From assembly GCA_963752475.1 (NCBI GenBank), contig CAVVYR010000006.1, forward strand, positions 32,001 to 96,000: a stretch of DNA of 64,000 nucleotides, in the 5' to 3' direction. The notes under the pieces are model-generated. The model made no database searches. It had not been told where the DNA came from and saw nothing but the letters and a program-made list of their open reading frames with translations. Both the position numbers and the translations under genes were made by a program. The first letter of the stretch is position 1, and every line of letters begins with the position of its first letter. Positions 39,904-49,526 of the stretch are shown here, piece by piece. Source of the stretch: an uncultured Chloroflexia bacterium. Its GTDB lineage: Bacteria > Chloroflexota > Limnocylindria > Limnocylindrales > CSP1-4.

Positions 39904-40962
39904 TCAGCGCGGGAACTGGTCCCACGAACGGCCGGTGCCGGGATCGTCGTGCGGCGCCGCCTCGCCCGAGGCTTCACGGATGGTGGCCAGCAGCTCGTCG
40001 ACCGCACCCTCCGGGCTGATGGGGTTGACCGACAGACCCGTGCCCAGCTCCAGGCCAGCGATCTCGCGCAGCCGCGGGTGGATCTCCCAGTGCCAGTGGA
40101 ACGTCTCGCTCACGGACTCGTGCAAGGGCGCCGTGTGCAGCACGAGGTTGTAGGGCGGGCCGTCGAGCACGTCGAGCAGCCGGATGACCTTCTGCAGCGC
40201 CTCGGCAGCACCGGTCAGCTGATCGTCGGTGGCGCGACCGAAGTCCGACTCGTGGTGGCGGGGCACGACCCATAGCTCGAATGGCGAACGTGAGGCGTAC
40301 GGGGCGAAACAGACCGAGGCCGCGTCCTCGAACACGAGCCGATCGCGATGCTCCACCTCGTCCTGCACGGATCGACACCAAGGACAGCCACCCTCGCGGA
40401 TGAGGTAGCGGGCAGCGCCCCCGAGCTCCTCCCCGATGCGATGCGGCAGATGCGGCAGGTCGTAGACGTCGAAGCAGAGGTGGTTGGTCATGGCCCCTGC
40501 CTGCTTGCCCCAGTTCTGGACGATCTGCACGTACTGGGTGCCGCCGTCCTCGCGGGCGCGGGCCACGCGGTCACGAGCGAGCTGCAGCATCTCGATGGCC
40601 ACGGCCTCGGACTCCTGGCCCAGGGGCGCGTGATGCTCGAACGGCGCCACGATGGTCTCCCATGAGCCGATGTCACCGAGCAGGCCCATGCGGAGCCCCT
40701 CTTCCGTGTTCGACGTGTCCTGAGCGTCGTCCCGGTGGTAGCGGTCGAGCTCGCTGCCGGCGACAGTGAAGGCCTGGGGCTTGAGCACGCGCAGGCGCGT
40801 CTCGTCCTTGTCTCGGTCACAGTTCTGGCAGCGGCCGGAGAAGTCGCGCACGGGGGCCGCCTCGCGGGCGAAGCGGGCCCGGTTGAACTCGCGATCGACG
40901 ACGACCGCCACCCACCAGCCGGTGATGTCGTCGCGTCGCAGCTCGAACAGGCCCCCGGCCAT
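39904..40962 (-). CDS. GalT/HIT-superfamily nucleotidyltransferase-like protein with altered catalytic motif
   Basis: ELRRDDITGWWV, QNWG..AGA..NH, CPWC, PYASRSPFELW, HWHWEIHPRL..IAGLELG. Confidence 0.82.
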   Translation of the reverse strand: MAGGLFELRRDDITGWWVAVVVDREFNRARFAREAAPVRDFSGRCQNCDRDKDETRLRVLKPQAFTVAGSELDRYHRDDAQDTSNTEEGLRMGLLGDIGSWETIVAPFEHHAPLGQESEAVAIEMLQLARDRVARAREDGGTQYVQIVQNWGKQAGAMTNHLCFDVYDLPHLPHRIGEELGGAARYLIREGGCPWCRSVQDEVEHRDRLVFEDAASVCFAPYASRSPFELWVVPRHHESDFGRATDDQLTGAAEALQKVIRLLDVLDGPPYNLVLHTAPLHESVSETFHWHWEIHPRLREIAGLELGTGLSVNPISPEGAVDELLATIREASGEAAPHDDPGTGRSWDQFPR

Positions 40963-40964
40963 GG

Positions 40965-41696
40965 CTAGACGCCCGCCGCCGCTGGGGTTCGGGCTCTCGA
41001 GCGCTGCTCGGCCGACTCCACGACGGCCATGGCCAGGCGGCCGTGGAAGTCCTCGGCGAACCAGGTCGCGGCCTGCTCCACGCTGGCCGTCGAGGGTTCG
41101 GCCCGAGCGCCGCTCCAGCCCAGCTCGCGCGCGACCGAGGTCACGTCGAGACCGGCCATGCCGCAGGGGTCGATGAGCTCGAAGTCCTCCAGCCGGGTGG
41201 TGATGTTGAGGGCGATGCCGTGGTAGCTGATGCCGCGCTCGACGCGCAGGCCCAGGGCCCCGAGCTTCCGCGGCCGCGGCCCGTCCTGGTCGATCCAGAC
41301 GCCGGGGTAGCCGGGTCGAGGCGCGGCCACGATGCCGTAGCGAGCGGCGACGTCGCCCATCGTCAGCTCCAACGCGCGCACGAACGGTCGCAGCAGCACC
41401 GGCAGTTCGCGCAGCCGCACGATGGGATAGGCCACCAGCTGGCCGGGCCCGTGATACGTGACCTCGCCGCCCCGCTCCACGCGGATGACCTCGACACCGC
41501 GCCGCGCCAGTTCGTCCGGCGACGTGATGACGTGCTCGTCCTTGGCGTGGCGGCCCAGCGTGAGCACCGGCTCGTGCTCCACGAGCAGCAGCGTGTCAGC
41601 GATCTCGTCGGCATCACGGGCGGCGTGTCGTGCGCGCTGCACGTCCCACGCCTCGCGGTAATCCATGCGACCGAGCCACTCGACCTGAACGTCCAT
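40965..41696 (-). CDS. lipB: Octanoyltransferase
   Basis: LLVEHEPV.TLGR, RGGEVTYHGPGQLVAYP, RKLGALG, HGIALN, PCG. Confidence 0.95.
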   Translation of the reverse strand: MDVQVEWLGRMDYREAWDVQRARHAARDADEIADTLLLVEHEPVLTLGRHAKDEHVITSPDELARRGVEVIRVERGGEVTYHGPGQLVAYPIVRLRELPVLLRPFVRALELTMGDVAARYGIVAAPRPGYPGVWIDQDGPRPRKLGALGLRVERGISYHGIALNITTRLEDFELIDPCGMAGLDVTSVARELGWSGARAEPSTASVEQAATWFAEDFHGRLAMAVVESAEQRSRARTPAAAGV

Positions 41697-41731
41697 GTTC
41701 GGAAGGTATCACGCAGCGCATCGCTGGTGGT

Positions 41732-42667
41732 TCAGGGCAGCAGCTGCCGCAGCGCGAAGATGACGTTGGCCGGACGCTCGGCGAGCCGACGCATGTACCA
41801 GCGATACCAGGCGTCGCCGTAGGCCACCAGGCTATAGGCGGGGTGGCCCGCGTCGCGCAGACGGCGCAGCTCCTGCTCGCGGATGCCGTAGAGCATGTGC
41901 ACCTCGAGCAGCTCGCGTGGGATGCCCTGCGCCTCCGTGATGGTCTGGATCTGGTCGATGAGTTCGACATCGTGGGTGCCCAGGGCCAGCCGCGCGTTCC
42001 CCGCTGCCGCTGCCTCGGCCACCATCAGCGCCAAGCCCAGGAAGTTGGCGTCGACATCGGCCGCATCCCGGTAGGCGATGCTGCCGGGCTCGTCGTAGGC
42101 GCCCTTGACCAGGCGGATCGCCGGTCGGCTCGGGAGCAGACGCACGATGTCGGCCGCCGAGCGCTTGAGATAGGTCTGGATGGCGATGCCCACGTTCTGG
42201 TGCTCGGCCATCAGCGCCTCGGCCAGGTCGAGCGTGCGCTCGGTGTACTCCGAGCCCTCCATGTCGATCCAGAACCAGGTGCCGGTGGCCGCGCACTCGC
42301 GGGCGATGTCGTGGCAGAGCGCGAGGCAGGCGTCGGTGTCCTGCTCGAGGCCCAGCTGCGTAGGCTTGATCGAGAGCTCGACGGGACCGACCACGTGTTG
42401 CCGTCGGCCGTCGCGGGCGAGCACCTCGCGGTAGTGGTCGGCCACCGCGTGGGCCTCATCGAGCGTGGTGATGTTCTCGCCCAGGCGCGTGAAGAGGACA
42501 CGCACCCGCTCGTCGCGCAGGCGTTCGGCAGCCGCGAAAGCGTCGTCGACGCGCTCGCCGGGCATGAACCGCCGGACCGCGCGCTTGGCGAAGCGCATGT
42601 TCGGGATCGTCTCCGCCAGTCGCTCGTTGCGAGCCATCCAGAGGAGCGCGGAACGCATCGGTCGCAT
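41732..42667 (-). CDS. Monofunctional proline dehydrogenase
   Basis: LGE, SIKPTQLG, IDME, RLVKGAY, THD, YMRRLAERPAN. Confidence 0.93.
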   Translation of the reverse strand: MRPMRSALLWMARNERLAETIPNMRFAKRAVRRFMPGERVDDAFAAAERLRDERVRVLFTRLGENITTLDEAHAVADHYREVLARDGRRQHVVGPVELSIKPTQLGLEQDTDACLALCHDIARECAATGTWFWIDMEGSEYTERTLDLAEALMAEHQNVGIAIQTYLKRSAADIVRLLPSRPAIRLVKGAYDEPGSIAYRDAADVDANFLGLALMVAEAAAAGNARLALGTHDVELIDQIQTITEAQGIPRELLEVHMLYGIREQELRRLRDAGHPAYSLVAYGDAWYRWYMRRLAERPANVIFALRQLLP

Positions 42668-42748
42668 GTCTCGATGGTAGCCCCGTCACGGCCTCGCCAT
42701 CCCCGCCCTGCTCCGTCGTGCCATGTCGTCGTGGAGGAGTGTCCGCGG

Positions 42749-43012
42749 CCCCGGCCCTGTCGTCCCCATCGACATCGACTGCCACATGATGGCCAGATGT
42801 CGCCGGGGTCGACGCTGTCGGTCGATCAGGCCCATCCATGTAGACGCCTGTCGGCGGAGTCGACGGTAGTCGTACGAGCCGGCCTGCAAGATCGGCGATG
42901 CGGTAATCGAGAGGGATCGGCTATGCCCGGTCACGCTCAGCGTCGGTCGGAGCTCCACGTAGCGACACGGATCCGGTGACTACGAGCAGCCCTACGGTCG
43001 ACCGGGGCGACG
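42749..43012. repeat. REP-like cluster C
   Basis: Forward copies at 42749, 42789 and 42840 (GTAGACGCCTGTCG-GCGGAGT-CGACG); reverse GTAGTCAC at 42983. Confidence 0.6.
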
Positions 43013-43098
43013 TTCGTCCATCACGCGGTGCTCACCAGGTGGCCTCGCCTGACTCGGCGCGGCCGGCGACTGCCACCTGCCTTGGCGTGGCAGTCGGG

Positions 43099-43902
43099 TC
43101 AGGCGGGTTTGGTGGCGCGGATGATGGCGCTGTGCATCCCGTCCGCTACCGCGTGCGTGGGCTCGACCACGACATCGGCAAGGCCCACGGCCTGGAGGCC
43201 CTCGCGGAACTCGCTGATCGAGAGGGCGCCGGCGATGCAGCCGACGTAGTCGCCCCGCTCGGCCCGCTGCTCGGGCGTGAGGTGGTCCTCAGCCACGATG
43301 TCGGTGATACCGATGCGGCCGCCCGGACGCAGGACGCGTGCGACCTCACCGAAGACGGCGCTCTTGTCCGCGGCCAGGTTGACTACGCAGTTGCTGATGA
43401 CGACATCGACCGAGGCGTCCGGCAGGGGGATCGACTCGATCGTGCCCTTCATGAACTCGACGTTGGTGGCACCGGCCTCGGACGCGTTCTTGCGAGCGAG
43501 CTTGAGCATCTCGTCGGTCATGTCCAGGCCGTAGGCGTAGCCGTCGTCGCCGACACGCTTGGCCGAAAGGAGCACGTCGATGCCACCACCGGAACCCAGG
43601 TCGAGCACGGTCTCACCCTCGTGCAGCTCGGCCACCGCGACGGGGTTGCCGCAGCCGAGCGAGGCCAGCGTGGCGGCGGAGGGGAGACCCTCGAGCTCGA
43701 TGGTCTCGTAGAGCTTGGTGCCGAAGCCCTCCTCGGTCTCCACGGGGGAGGGCTCACAGCAGGCGTCAGCCGACGCCGCGGGACCACAGCATCCGACCTC
43801 GACATCACGGTCTTGCTCGAGCACCTGCAGCGCCGCGTCGGCATACCGCTCGCGCACGACCTCGTGGATGCGCTCGCCCTGGTCGTCCGTGGTCGTGGTC
43901 AT
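43099..43902 (-). CDS. arsM: Arsenite S-adenosylmethyltransferase
   Basis: VRERY, CC pairs, SLGCGNP, LDLGSGGGID, ISNCVVNL, GCIAGA. Confidence 0.93.
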   Translation of the reverse strand: MTTTTDDQGERIHEVVRERYADAALQVLEQDRDVEVGCCGPAASADACCEPSPVETEEGFGTKLYETIELEGLPSAATLASLGCGNPVAVAELHEGETVLDLGSGGGIDVLLSAKRVGDDGYAYGLDMTDEMLKLARKNASEAGATNVEFMKGTIESIPLPDASVDVVISNCVVNLAADKSAVFGEVARVLRPGGRIGITDIVAEDHLTPEQRAERGDYVGCIAGALSISEFREGLQAVGLADVVVEPTHAVADGMHSAIIRATKPA

Positions 43903-43921
43903 GTCGTCACCCGTGTTGCTG

Positions 43922-43971
43922 TATCGATTGATATCAATATAACGAGTGACAATATCGATGTCAATCGATAT
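43922..43971. promoter_or_regulatory. ArsR operator pair in the divergent arsM/arsR promoter
   Basis: AT-rich inverted copies TATCGATTGATATCAATAT and ATATCGATGTCAATCGATA, each near-palindromic. Confidence 0.7.
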
Positions 43972-43980
43972 AGTAGCCAC

Positions 43981-44400
43981 ATGAAGCGAACCGAAGACCC
44001 GGACCTGGAGCTGCTGGAGGCAGCAGCAGACCCCGTCCGCCTGTCGATCCTGCGCCAGCTGTCGTCCGCTGGCCCCACCTGCGCGTGTGACTTCACCGAA
44101 TGCTGCGACATCAGCCAGTCGACGGTCTCCCATCACCTCAAGGTGCTGCGCGAGGCCGGCTGGATCGAAGGGGAGCGGCGCGGAACCTGGATCTGGTACT
44201 CCATCCGATCGGAAGCGGTCGAGCGCTTCTCTGCCCTCGCCCGTGCCATCCGCCCAGGGGGTGCTCGTCCGGCTGCCGATCTGGGACCCACGACAGCCGA
44301 CGCGGACGTCCGCCCGCTGGGCCCGGAGATCGCGCCTGTACCTGCCGTCGACGATCGGCGCTCCGTGCCTGTGCTCGAGAGCGATTGGCGCCAGTGGTAG
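43981..44400 (+). CDS. arsR: ArsR/SmtB family repressor
   Basis: ADPVRL.IL, TCACDF, SQSTVSHHLKVLREAG, ERRGTWIWY. Confidence 0.92.
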   Translation: MKRTEDPDLELLEAAADPVRLSILRQLSSAGPTCACDFTECCDISQSTVSHHLKVLREAGWIEGERRGTWIWYSIRSEAVERFSALARAIRPGGARPAADLGPTTADADVRPLGPEIAPVPAVDDRRSVPVLESDWRQW

Positions 44401-44431
44401 ACGTCTGCCTCGTACATGGTGAACTGTGACC

Positions 44432-44686
44432 ATGGGGATGAACATCAAGAACCCTGAGACGCACCAGCTGGCACGAGAAGTCGCGGCACTGACCGGTGAG
44501 AGCGTGACGGCAGCCGTGACCGAGTCACTGCGAGAGCGCCTCGAGCGGCTGCGCGCAGAACAACGGGACGGACTGGCGGCCGCGCTGATGGCCATCGGCC
44601 GGGACACCGCCAGGCGGCTCTCGCCAGAGCTCAAGGCGGCCGATGTCGACGAGTTGCTGTACGGCGAAGACGGACTGCCGCATTGA
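44432..44686 (+). CDS. vapB: VapB antitoxin
   Basis: MNIKNPETHQLAREVAALTGES.T.AV, LLYGEDGLP; palindrome GGTAGACGTCTGCC upstream at 44396. Confidence 0.88.
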   Translation: MGMNIKNPETHQLAREVAALTGESVTAAVTESLRERLERLRAEQRDGLAAALMAIGRDTARRLSPELKAADVDELLYGEDGLPH

Positions 44687-45072
44687 TCCTCGATAGCTCG
44701 GCGGTCATCGCGATCCTGCGCGATGAGCCGGACGCCAAGCGCCTGGCGATGGCCATCCAGGCAGCTCGTTCGGTGCGTGTGTCTGCAGCGACGTATGTCG
44801 AGATCGGTGCGGTCATGGACCGAGCAGGTGATCCCATCGTCTCGCGGCGTGCGGATCAGCTGCTCGACGCTGCCGGCGCCGTCATCGAGCCGGTAACGAA
44901 GGAGCAAGCGTGGATCGCACGAGCCGCGTATCGAGACTTCGGCAAGGGCTCTGGTCATCCAGCAGGCTTGGACTTCGGCGACTGTTTCGCCTATGCCCTG
45001 GCCAAGGACCTGGGCGAGCCGCTGCTCTTCAAGGGTGACGACTTCGGTCACACGGACGTTGAGCTCGCCTGA
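44683..45072 (+). CDS. vapC: VapC PIN toxin
   Basis: ILDSSA, YVE, HPAGLDFGDCFAYALA, LLFKGDDF. Confidence 0.92.
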   Translation: MILDSSAVIAILRDEPDAKRLAMAIQAARSVRVSAATYVEIGAVMDRAGDPIVSRRADQLLDAAGAVIEPVTKEQAWIARAAYRDFGKGSGHPAGLDFGDCFAYALAKDLGEPLLFKGDDFGHTDVELA

Positions 45073-45162
45073 GCCTGACGTCCCGTCGGGGTCTGGTCCC
45101 TCGGGTGTCTCGACAGGACATCGTCGACGCGGCAGGATGCACTCGACCCCATCCGTCTGGAG

Positions 45163-46200
45163 GTGCCTGCCGTGCACGTCGTCAAGCGCGTTCCCTTCGT
45201 CGCCGGCCTCGTGGCCGCGTCCCTCATCGTCGCCTCGCTCGGCGCCCTCGCACAGGAGTCACAGGAGTACCTGGGGCCTGATGCCGATGCGCCGCTGAGC
45301 GGCTACACGCGCACGGACGGCACGGTCGTCCTCACCGATGCGTCCTTCTGTCGCTACCTCCTGGGCACGGTCATCGGTGACGAGCGGCTGACCTACGTCG
45401 ACCTCCTCGACAAGACCAAGAAGCAGAAGAGGGCCAAGAGGGCGGCCTTCAGCGCCACCGACGAAGGTGCCGTCGCGCGCTGCGTCGAGGTGCTCACCGC
45501 CAGTCGCACCGACGTACCTGAGGACGACACGCTCGCAGCCTGGGCACGCGCCGCTGCCGTCGTGCCCGAGTCGATGGCCGGCCTCCTGCCCGAGGACTTC
45601 ACCGCGGAGCCATTGGCCCAGCCCGACGAGATCGGTGCCGCGGCGCGCACCAGTGGCTTCGGTGACCTGGTCTCCGCACCGTTCACGGTCACGCCTGGGC
45701 CGTGGCTGGCGCAGCTCGACGCCACTGCCTGCGCCGCCTGGGACGGCACCCTGCGGAACGCACGCGAACCGGACGACGCCATCACGTTGGAGGACAGCCG
45801 CGAGTACCTCTACGACCTCGAGGGCGGTCACTACTACTGGGACGTCTCCGCCTCCGATTGCGACTGGAGCGTGGACCTGGTGCCGGTCGTGTTCGAGCCG
45901 GATCCCACGCCGCAGCCGACGCCCCAGGCCATCGTGCCGGCGCTCTTCGCCGGCGACTGGAATCCGCGTCCGCACGCACCGAACTCCAAGCACCTGACCG
46001 CGGTGCAGGCGCGTGAGGCCGTGCTGGCGGCAGGCCTGATCACGGGCACCTGCCATCAGGATGGCTCGAGCGACCGCCAGAACCGCGTGTGGAAGCAGGA
46101 GCCCATCGCGGGGATGCTCGTCGAACCCGGCTCGGCCGTCGAGGTCTGGGTCGCGACCGACTGTGACGTCTACGAGGGCAAGCGTGTCATCCTCGACTGA
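45163..46200 (+). CDS. Secreted hypothetical protein with C-terminal PASTA-like domain
   Basis: Signal peptide ..ALAQE; C-terminal VP..AREAVLAAGL...VWKQEP.AG..V.PGS.V.V. Confidence 0.65.
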   Translation: MPAVHVVKRVPFVAGLVAASLIVASLGALAQESQEYLGPDADAPLSGYTRTDGTVVLTDASFCRYLLGTVIGDERLTYVDLLDKTKKQKRAKRAAFSATDEGAVARCVEVLTASRTDVPEDDTLAAWARAAAVVPESMAGLLPEDFTAEPLAQPDEIGAAARTSGFGDLVSAPFTVTPGPWLAQLDATACAAWDGTLRNAREPDDAITLEDSREYLYDLEGGHYYWDVSASDCDWSVDLVPVVFEPDPTPQPTPQAIVPALFAGDWNPRPHAPNSKHLTAVQAREAVLAAGLITGTCHQDGSSDRQNRVWKQEPIAGMLVEPGSAVEVWVATDCDVYEGKRVILD

Positions 46201-46207
46201 AGCCGGT

Positions 46208-47008
46208 TCAGTCTTCGTCTGAGTCGACCGACTCATCCGTCGCGGGTGCGACCGTGCCCTCGCGCCACTCGGTCACCGCCTGCCAGGCGATGCGTTGCAG
46301 GAACGCCGCGACCTCCGGGTCGGTCACGCCGAAGGTGTACGGATGGCCTTCGGGGCTGCGGTCGAAGAGCGTGGCGTAGATCGTCGCCGCCGCGAGATAG
46401 GCCCCCTCCCAGGTGGCATGCACCCGATCGGGATCCATCAATGCGACCTCCGGGCGTTCCGCCTCGGCCAGCTCGAACGCCAGGGCCGCCGGGGCCACGG
46501 TCGCTCCCAGTTCGGCCTCGACGGTGCGGTGAGCCTCGGCCACGTCGTCGTAGTCGGACCAGTCGTTGAAGCCGCGTGGCCAGGTCATGAAGAAGACGGT
46601 CTCGGCGCCGGCCTTGGTCACGACCTCATCGAAGAGCCGGGCGTGCTCCAGGAACGACTCGGCGTTGCGGGTGCGGGCGCCGGGCAGGTAGCCCTGCAAT
46701 ACGACCGTGTCGAACTCGCCCTGGCGGATGGCCTGCTTGGCGCCGTTGTCCCAGTGGTACTCGAGCGTGACGCCACCCTCGGTCAGGATCCGGCCGTCGA
46801 AGGCCCAGGGCGGGTCTTCCATGGAGGCGAACCCTTCGAGCTTCGCATCGAGCCCCCCGTGGCGCTCGGTGTGGCTGTTGCCGATGAAGAGCACGCGCTG
46901 GGGAAGCTGCTCGTCGGCCTCGGCCGCTTCCTGGGCAGCTGCGACCGAGGTCGTGGCGAGGAGGCTGATGGTGATGGCCGCAGCGAGGCAGGCACGTCCG
47001 GTTCTCAC
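46208..47008 (-). CDS. Secreted SGNH/GDSL hydrolase-like protein
   Basis: RVLFIGNSHT, FDTVVLQ, D.VHA; signal peptide. Confidence 0.8.
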   Translation of the reverse strand: MRTGRACLAAAITISLLATTSVAAAQEAAEADEQLPQRVLFIGNSHTERHGGLDAKLEGFASMEDPPWAFDGRILTEGGVTLEYHWDNGAKQAIRQGEFDTVVLQGYLPGARTRNAESFLEHARLFDEVVTKAGAETVFFMTWPRGFNDWSDYDDVAEAHRTVEAELGATVAPAALAFELAEAERPEVALMDPDRVHATWEGAYLAAATIYATLFDRSPEGHPYTFGVTDPEVAAFLQRIAWQAVTEWREGTVAPATDESVDSDED

Positions 47009-47078
47009 GGCGGCAATGCTGCCATGTCTTGGCCGTACCATCCCAGCAGTACGAACGACGTATCCGGAGACCGACGAT

Positions 47079-48665
47079 ATGCGAGTCGACCGCATCGAGA
47101 TCGAGGCCTTTCGCGGCATCGATCGGCTGGTGCTGGACCTCGAGGAGTTGACGACGGTCATCGGCGAGCACGATTGCGGGAAGTCCTCGCTGTTGCGGGC
47201 GCTCGCACGCGTCTTGGGACCGAGCGAGCCGGACGTGCTCCCGGTCTTCGAGGTCGCCGACTTCCATCGACCGACCGATGTCGAGGCTGACCGCGCGACG
47301 ACGCTGGCGATCACGCTGGGGCTGCGCACCGGTGAGGACGACGACCTGGCCGATGGCTTGCCCGGCACCGATGACGGCGGTGTGAGCCTGCGCGTGCTCG
47401 CGAGCCGTCGCGCCCAAGGCGAGCCGACCACGACCGTGGACCTGCTCGATCGTGCCGGCGTGCCCCTCGAAGGCGCCGATGCAGCGGCGCTGCTCGAGCG
47501 CTTGCGACGACGCCACCCGGCGGTCATCGTCGCTGGCCCGCGTGCGGCCGTGGCGCGCGGCATCCGAGAGCGGCCCGAGGTGTCGAGCCGGCTGCGGTCA
47601 CTGTTGAGCGCGCGTCGCCGCGCTTCCGAGCCACTCACGTGGGACCAGATCGGCGAGGTGCGCGAGGACATCGTGCAGGCTGGCGGCCGGCTGGCCGATC
47701 AGATCGGACCGACCGTGGAGCGGCGACGCTCGGTGCTGGCCATGACCGATACGCCGCGGGCCCTGGTCACCGACCTCGCTGCGGCGCTCGACCCGGACGC
47801 CGAGGAGCAGCGCCGGGTGGCGGCGGTGTGGCTCCTGGCGGCGATCCTCGATGCGGTGCCCGAAGGTGGCCTCGGGGTCGAGGCCGAGCCGATCCTGCTC
47901 TTCGACGATATCGAGGCCAACCTCCACCCGACCTGGCTGGCGGCGTACGCGGCCGTGGCCTTCAACCTGCCCTTCCAGCAGATCGTCACGACGCACTCGC
48001 CGGAGGTGCTCGCATGGGTGCCCCTCAGCTCGCTGCGGCGCCTCGTGCGCCGAAGCGAGGGCATCGAAGCGCGGGCGGTGCGTACATCGCAGTACTCGGT
48101 GGGCGAGATGCGGCGGCTGACCTTCCACGTGCGCCTGAACCGAGGGTCCTCGTTCTTCGCTCGCGGCTGGATCCTCGTGGAGGGGGAGACCGAGGCCTGG
48201 CTGGTGCCAGAGTTCGCGCGCCTCGCCGGCGTCGAGCTGCCGGTGGAGGGCATCCGCGTCATCGAGTTCGCGCAGTGTGGCGTGGGCCCGCTGATGAAGC
48301 TGGCCGATGACCTTGGGATCGGCTGGGTCGTGCTGGCCGATGGCGACCAAGCGGGCAAGAGCTACGCCCGGCGTGTCGACGCGCATCTGGCGCAAGGCGG
48401 GGCAGGGGAGGTCGTGGTGCTGCCGGCACGGGATATCGAGCACTACCTCTTCAGGCAGGGCTATGCCGACGTCATCAAGGGTGCGGCCCGCGTCGGTGGC
48501 ACTCGCTCGGCAGGGAAGATCATCAAGGCTGCCACCGAGAAGGTGACCAAGCCCGGGCTGGCGCTGATCATCCTCGAGGCGGCCGACGAACGTGGGCCGG
48601 AAGGGGTGCCCGTGGTCCTGCGTGAGCTGGCCGAGTTGGCCCAACGCACGGCTCGAGGCGGCTAG
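47079..48665 (+). CDS. OLD-family ATP-dependent endonuclease (YbjD/DUF2813-like)
   Basis: FRGI..L, GEHDCGKSS Walker A, DDIEANLHP, TTHSPE, TOPRIM LVEGETE and LADGD. Confidence 0.9.
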   Translation: MRVDRIEIEAFRGIDRLVLDLEELTTVIGEHDCGKSSLLRALARVLGPSEPDVLPVFEVADFHRPTDVEADRATTLAITLGLRTGEDDDLADGLPGTDDGGVSLRVLASRRAQGEPTTTVDLLDRAGVPLEGADAAALLERLRRRHPAVIVAGPRAAVARGIRERPEVSSRLRSLLSARRRASEPLTWDQIGEVREDIVQAGGRLADQIGPTVERRRSVLAMTDTPRALVTDLAAALDPDAEEQRRVAAVWLLAAILDAVPEGGLGVEAEPILLFDDIEANLHPTWLAAYAAVAFNLPFQQIVTTHSPEVLAWVPLSSLRRLVRRSEGIEARAVRTSQYSVGEMRRLTFHVRLNRGSSFFARGWILVEGETEAWLVPEFARLAGVELPVEGIRVIEFAQCGVGPLMKLADDLGIGWVVLADGDQAGKSYARRVDAHLAQGGAGEVVVLPARDIEHYLFRQGYADVIKGAARVGGTRSAGKIIKAATEKVTKPGLALIILEAADERGPEGVPVVLRELAELAQRTARGG

Positions 48666-49192
48666 CGCGAGTACTCGCGGCGCATCTCCGCGAGAGCGGA
48701 ACCGATGTCCGCCATCGACACCGTGTCGATCGGACGATCGCCATATGTCGCCGCGGGCTCGGACGTCCGGGCCGGTCCCTCCTCGCGACCGAGTCCCATC
48801 GCGGTTGCCGCACGGTCGAGCGTGGCGTCGAGCGTGAGCAGCCGGCAGTCGGTGGCTTCTGCCGCGGCCAGATACGTCGCGTCGTACATCGACAGGCCGT
48901 GGGCACGTGCCAGCGTCAGCGCGCGCAGCCGGAGCGGCCGGCCCTGCGGTACCTCTTCGATCTGGAGCACCTCTGTCTGCAGCATGGCATCGAGCGCGAA
49001 CTCATCTCCGATGCTGGCCGTACGCGAAAGGCGGTTCCCGATCTCGAGCCAGATGAGGGATGGGGCAAGGAGCTGGATCCGTCCAGCGGGCACGTCGTCG
49101 ATGCAAGCATCTACCCAACCCGGCCGATCTTCGTCGAGCAGCCAGGAGATCACAGTCGACGCATCGATGACACGCTGCTCAGGTCCGTTCAA
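48662..49192 (-). CDS. vapC: VapC PIN toxin with C-terminal extension
   Basis: VIDAS, APSLIWLEIGN, LSMYDATYLA, LLTLD. Confidence 0.88.
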   Translation of the reverse strand: MNGPEQRVIDASTVISWLLDEDRPGWVDACIDDVPAGRIQLLAPSLIWLEIGNRLSRTASIGDEFALDAMLQTEVLQIEEVPQGRPLRLRALTLARAHGLSMYDATYLAAAEATDCRLLTLDATLDRAATAMGLGREEGPARTSEPAATYGDRPIDTVSMADIGSALAEMRREYSR

Positions 49193-49479
49193 TGGCTATC
49201 TCGGTCGGCGCGGATCCACTCGGCGGCGTTCGGCTCGTCGTGGTCGGGTGGCAGCGATGCCCGATAGCGTCGTCGCCATTCCTCGAGGCCTTCGAAGGCA
49301 GCGCGTCGCTGCTCGAGCAGCTTCTCGCGGTCCTGCTCGAGGCGCTCGGCCTCCTCCGGCGAGATGAGCACAGCCAACGGCTTGTGGTCACGTGTCACCA
49401 GGAACCTCTCGCCCGCGGAAGCTTCGTCCAGGATGCGCCCGAGCGAGCGGCGCATGTCCATGGGCGTGATGGTCTTCAT
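49189..49479 (-). CDS. Phd/YefM family antitoxin
   Basis: RRSLGRILDEASAGERFLVTRDHKPLAVL, WIRADRD; palindromes CATAGCGAACTATG and TCGACTATGATAGTCGA upstream. Confidence 0.88.
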   Translation of the reverse strand: MKTITPMDMRRSLGRILDEASAGERFLVTRDHKPLAVLISPEEAERLEQDREKLLEQRRAAFEGLEEWRRRYRASLPPDHDEPNAAEWIRADRDSH

Positions 49480-49526
49480 GTCACCATCATAGCGAACTAT
49501 GTCAATCGACTATGATAGTCGACGCG

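Noticed and set aside
43099-45177. 692-aa ORF suggesting a large ArsM fusion
   Set aside because: Only 43099-43902 is ArsM; the rest is antisense to arsR and vapBC.
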